From Candidatus Methylomirabilia bacterium (GTDB lineage Bacteria > Methylomirabilota > Methylomirabilia > Rokubacteriales > CSP1-6), in assembly GCA_041496385.1 (NCBI GenBank), contig JBGQEL010000003.1, positions 49,799-113,798 on the forward strand: DNA of 64,000 nt, written 5' to 3'. A program made the position numbers and the translations under genes. Position 1 is the first letter of the stretch; every line of letters starts with the position of its first letter. Positions 60,437 to 64,000 of the stretch are shown here, in pieces. The notes under the pieces were generated by a model that did no database searches, was not told the DNA's origin, and saw only the letters and a program-made list of their open reading frames with translations.

Positions 60437-60801
60437 TGAGGCGACAGGGCATCGAACTCCGGGCCAAACTCTTCCGGGGGCTAAGCGACATCTCGCGCCT
60501 TCGGGTCCTCGAGGCGCTCCGCGGCGGGCCGCTGAGCGCGGGGGAGGTCGTGGCGCGCACCCGACTGAGCCAACCCAACTCCTCGATGCACCTCGCTTGT
60601 CTCGCCGAGTGCGGCCTCGTCACCTGGGAGCGCGAGGGCAAGTTCGTCTATTACGAGATCGCCGACAAGCGCGTGGTGAAGCTCCTCGACCAGGCCGAGG
60701 AGCTGCTGCTCCAGGTGGCACCCTTGATCGAGGCGTGCCCGCGCTATCGCCAGCTGGCGCGCGCCAGGGCGGTCAGAAGTTCGAGGAGAAGGCGGAAGTG
60801 A
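60436..60801 (+). CDS. ArsR/SmtB-family repressor, CmtR-like
   Basis: HLACLAECGLV (CxxxC in helix 4) plus C-terminal Cys. Confidence 0.88.
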   Translation: MRRQGIELRAKLFRGLSDISRLRVLEALRGGPLSAGEVVARTRLSQPNSSMHLACLAECGLVTWEREGKFVYYEIADKRVVKLLDQAEELLLQVAPLIEACPRYRQLARARAVRSSRRRRK

Positions 60802-62936
60802 AGGCGACGCTCGAGCTGACGGTTCCCGAGCTATGCTGCGCCGACGAGGCCCAGCAGATCGAGGGCATCCTCCGTCGCCTCGACGGGGTCGCGGACGTGC
60901 GGACCGCGGTGAGCGCGCACCGGGCCATCGTGGCCTACGACGCGGACCGCGTGACGCCGGGCGCGATTCGCGAGCAGATCCGCGCGCTCGGGATGACGGT
61001 GAGCGAAGTCGGAGAGCCGACGGCGCAGCGGCGCCGCTCGCTCCCGGACCTCCTGGGCTGGGCGTTCGTGTCCGTCATCGCCACCGTCGCCCTGGTCGGC
61101 ATCGCCGGCGAGCGGCTCGGGCTCTTCGAGGCGTTCGTCGAGCGGATCCCACCGCGGCTCGCGCTGGCGGCGATCCTCGCCGGCGGCTATCCGATCTTCC
61201 GCGCCGTCCTCCGCGCGCTGCGGAACCGCACGGTCACCTCGCACGCACTCATGACGCTCGGGATCCTGGGGGCGATCGCCATCGGGCAGTACGCCGCGGG
61301 GGCGGTGATCGTCTTCTTCATGCGCCTGGCCGACTTCATCGAGGGCTACACGACCGAGCGGTCCCGGCAGGCAATCCGGGAGCTGCTGAAGCTGGCGCCC
61401 GAGACGGCGCGGGTCGAGCGGGAGGGACGCGAAGTCGTGGTCCCGGCCGAGCAGGTCGGCCGCGGCGAGGTCGTCCTGGTCAAGCCCGGCGAGCGGATCC
61501 CAGTGGACGGCACGGTGCTTGAGGGCCGCGCCGCCGTGAACCAGGCGCCCATCACCGGCGAGTCGGTGCCGGTCGCGAAGCAGGCCGGCGACCAGGTCTT
61601 CGCGGCGACCATCTGCGATCGCGGAGCGCTCCGGGTTCGGACCGAGCGCGTCGGGCGGGACACGACGTTCGGCCAGATCGTCCGCCTCGTCGAGGAGGCG
61701 GAGGCTTCCAAGGCGCCGGTTCAGCGGTTCGCGGATCGCTTCACCGCGTACTACATCCCGGTGGTCCTGGCGGCCGCGGTCGCCACCTACCTGGTCGGGG
61801 GCAACGCGACCGCCGCCGTGGCCACCGTCCTCGTCGCCTGCTCGTGCGCGATCGCGATGGCGACGCCGATCACGGTGCTCGCCGCGGTCGGCCAGTCAGC
61901 GAGGCGCGGGATCGTCATCAAGGGCGGCCGGTACCTGGAAGCGCTCGCCAAGGTCGACACGGTGGTAATGGACAAGACCGGCACGCTCACGCTCGGCCGA
62001 CCCGAGGTCACCAAAGTCGTGGCGCTGGACGGCGAGAGCGAGGGGGGCGTCCTCGGCTTGGCCGCGGCGATTGAGCGGCGTTCCGAGCACCCGCTTGCCG
62101 GCGGGATCGTCCGCGCCGCGGAGGGGCGAGGTCTCGAGCTGCGAGAGCCAAAAGAGTTCGAGGTGTATCCGGGCGAGGGAGTCGCCGCGATAGTGGACGG
62201 TGAGTCGGTCCTCTGCGGCACGGACAGGCTGATGGTGCGATTCGGCATCGACGTTTCCCAGTCCGTTGTCGCGCACGCACGTGGGCTCGCCGAGGAGGGA
62301 CGGTCGGTCGTCTTCGTCGCCCGGGGCGGGAGGCTGAGCGGGCTGGTCGCGCTGGCCGACACCGTCCGCCCGGAGGTGTCGGCTGCCATCGCGGCGTTGC
62401 GGGCGCTCGGCGTCCGCCGGCTCCTGCTCCTCACCGGCGACCGGCGCGAGGTCGCGGCGGCCGTGGCCGGCCAGCTCGGACTCGACTTCGAGGCCGAGGT
62501 GCTGCCGGAGCAGAAGATCCGCGTGGTCGAGCGGCTACAGCGGGAGGGCAGGGTCGTCGCCATGGTCGGCGACGGGATCAACGACGCGCCTGCGCTCGCG
62601 CAGGCGGACGTCGGGATCGCGATGGGCGTGGCGGGGACGGACGCCGCCATCGAAGCCGCGCACGTGGCGTTGATGCAAGACGATTGGCGCGTGGTCCCTG
62701 AGGCGATCCGGCTCGGCCGTCGCGCGTTCCGGACGATCAAGCAGAACCTCTGGTTCACGGCGGGCTATAACATCATCGGCATGGCGCTGGCGGCGACCGG
62801 CTGGCTGCCGCCCATCGGCGCCGCGGCGGCTCAGTCGTTGCCGGACGTCGTCGTGATGCTGAACGCCTCGCGGCTCTTGCGCGGCGGCGCCCGGCTGGAC
62901 CGAGTTGGGACCCACGAGGGCGCGATGACGGACTGA
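60798..62936 (+). CDS. Heavy-metal P1B-type ATPase
   Basis: HMA domain (CCADE), [25 protein letters not shown]. Confidence 0.93.
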   Translation: MKATLELTVPELCCADEAQQIEGILRRLDGVADVRTAVSAHRAIVAYDADRVTPGAIREQIRALGMTVSEVGEPTAQRRRSLPDLLGWAFVSVIATVALVGIAGERLGLFEAFVERIPPRLALAAILAGGYPIFRAVLRALRNRTVTSHALMTLGILGAIAIGQYAAGAVIVFFMRLADFIEGYTTERSRQAIRELLKLAPETARVEREGREVVVPAEQVGRGEVVLVKPGERIPVDGTVLEGRAAVNQAPITGESVPVAKQAGDQVFAATICDRGALRVRTERVGRDTTFGQIVRLVEEAEASKAPVQRFADRFTAYYIPVVLAAAVATYLVGGNATAAVATVLVACSCAIAMATPITVLAAVGQSARRGIVIKGGRYLEALAKVDTVVMDKTGTLTLGRPEVTKVVALDGESEGGVLGLAAAIERRSEHPLAGGIVRAAEGRGLELREPKEFEVYPGEGVAAIVDGESVLCGTDRLMVRFGIDVSQSVVAHARGLAEEGRSVVFVARGGRLSGLVALADTVRPEVSAAIAALRALGVRRLLLLTGDRREVAAAVAGQLGLDFEAEVLPEQKIRVVERLQREGRVVAMVGDGINDAPALAQADVGIAMGVAGTDAAIEAAHVALMQDDWRVVPEAIRLGRRAFRTIKQNLWFTAGYNIIGMALAATGWLPPIGAAAAQSLPDVVVMLNASRLLRGGARLDRVGTHEGAMTD

Positions 62937-63149
62937 CGGGCAATCCGGAAGAGGTCGGGAATCAGAGCGGCCAGCGGTCGGAGCGATCCGGAGCCCGGAT
63001 CCTTCTCGGAACTCGACGACCCGCGGCTGCGGCGAATCCTGCTCGGGCCCACGATTTGATCCAGCGACAGGCTAAATTTCAACGAACTTCAGGCTGCGTG
63101 TTTTGGTCGCGTCCCCTTGTTGCAGGCTTGCTGCTGCACAAGTACTGAA

Positions 63150-63194
63150 TGACGTTGGCGAAAACGTGATCGTGACCCAAACACGGGTTCCCGT
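63150..63194 (+). repeat. Element-end repeat with degenerate att core
   Basis: 41 bp (63150-63190) identical to 52100-52140, then T-loop deletion. Confidence 0.8.
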
Positions 63195-63216
63195 CGTGTT
63201 CACCCTCGCGGTGCAA

Positions 63217-64000
63217 CTATCGCGTGGCGCCCACAGCGTAGACTTCGACGGGCGCCGCCCGGCCGCGCAGCGCCCGGGGCCCCAGGGGCTCGAGGGCGTA
63301 CCGCTCGGTGGCCGCGAGTCGGCTCAGGGCGTCGGTCGAGACCAGGAAGCGCCGATCGAGGTCGCGCGTGGCCTGCTCCAAACGGGCGGCGGTGTTCACC
63401 ACGTCGCCGTGAAAGACGATGTCCCGCTTGCTGTCCCCGATCTCGCCGCTCATCACCGGCCCTGCGTGGAGCGCCGCTCGCAGGCGCGGCGCTACGCCAA
63501 ACTCCCGCTCGAACTCCGGCGCCGCCTCCTCGAGGGCCGCCACGATCGCGAAGAAGCAGGCGATTGGGCGCGCGTCACCCCGCGCCTCGGCCACCGTCCA
63601 CGTCACCACCATCTCGTCGCCGACGTACTGGTAAATCTCACCGCCGTAGTCGCCGATCGGGTCCGAAGCTAGGCGGAACACGCCGGCCAGGAAGCGATGG
63701 ACCGCGGCCGGCCCGATCTGCTCGGCCAGGGATGTCGAGCCCGCGATGTCGAGGAAGAGGAAGAATCGCTCCTCGACCCGAGGTCGATGATAGCGACCGA
63801 GCACGATGTTGCGCAGGTTGCGCGGTCCCACGATCTGGCTGATCTCGAACACGAAGAGGAACGCAAAGGCGGCCACGAAGGAGAACAACACCGCCAGGCG
63901 CGCGAGCGGGTTCTGGAGGGGAACGGCGCTCGGTGTCAGGCCGAGCACCCGCGTGCCGGGTTCACCCGCGAGCACCGCAGTGATGATCGTCCCGTAGACC
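63217..64000 (-). CDS. Class III adenylate/guanylate cyclase, membrane-bound, 5'-truncated by window
   Basis: FLDIAGST, YVGDE, GDVVNTAARLE. Confidence 0.9.
   Translation of the reverse strand, partial: VYGTIITAVLAGEPGTRVLGLTPSAVPLQNPLARLAVLFSFVAAFAFLFVFEISQIVGPRNLRNIVLGRYHRPRVEERFFLFLDIAGSTSLAEQIGPAAVHRFLAGVFRLASDPIGDYGGEIYQYVGDEMVVTWTVAEARGDARPIACFFAIVAALEEAAPEFEREFGVAPRLRAALHAGPVMSGEIGDSKRDIVFHGDVVNTAARLEQATRDLDRRFLVSTDALSRLAATERYALEPLGPRALRGRAAPVEVYAVGATR

Overview
High-GC bacterial window. The gene families suggest Ca. Rokubacteria/Methylomirabilota, but this is inference only. It has four blocks. (i) 1-19.7 kb is a metal-handling accessory region: family-5 SBP, HupE/UreJ, MFS-spermidine synthase-TPR fusion, an IS1182 relic, an MgtE-N/CBS + NRAMP + divergent MgtE operon, and a heavy-metal two-component system divergent from an operon of outer-membrane barrel, two ZnuA-like SBPs, ABC, CDF and TPR genes. 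(ii) 19.7-32.4 kb holds a CzcC-B-A-B-A double RND efflux operon divergent from cobQ-cbiB. (iii) 32.7-43.7 kb is core genes: argS, SPOR, hpt, ftsH, folP, glmM, acpS, nnr, tsaE, cysK. (iv) 43.8-64 kb is accessory: mgtA, phosphoketolase, a Cpx-like TCS, then a tandem array of small integrative elements delimited by copies of a tRNA 3' end (52129, 60181, degenerate at 53644 and 63179), with one near-intact and one decayed tyrosine integrase. Cargo missed or split by the ORF track includes a SelW/Rdx-family selenoprotein (CxxU, in-frame TGA, SECIS-like hairpin), an isolated integron attC site, a classical C2H2 zinc finger, and a CmtR-like repressor with an atypical P1B-ATPase. No CRISPR array, rRNA or complete tRNA was recognised. 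All family assignments are from motif recognition, not database searches.
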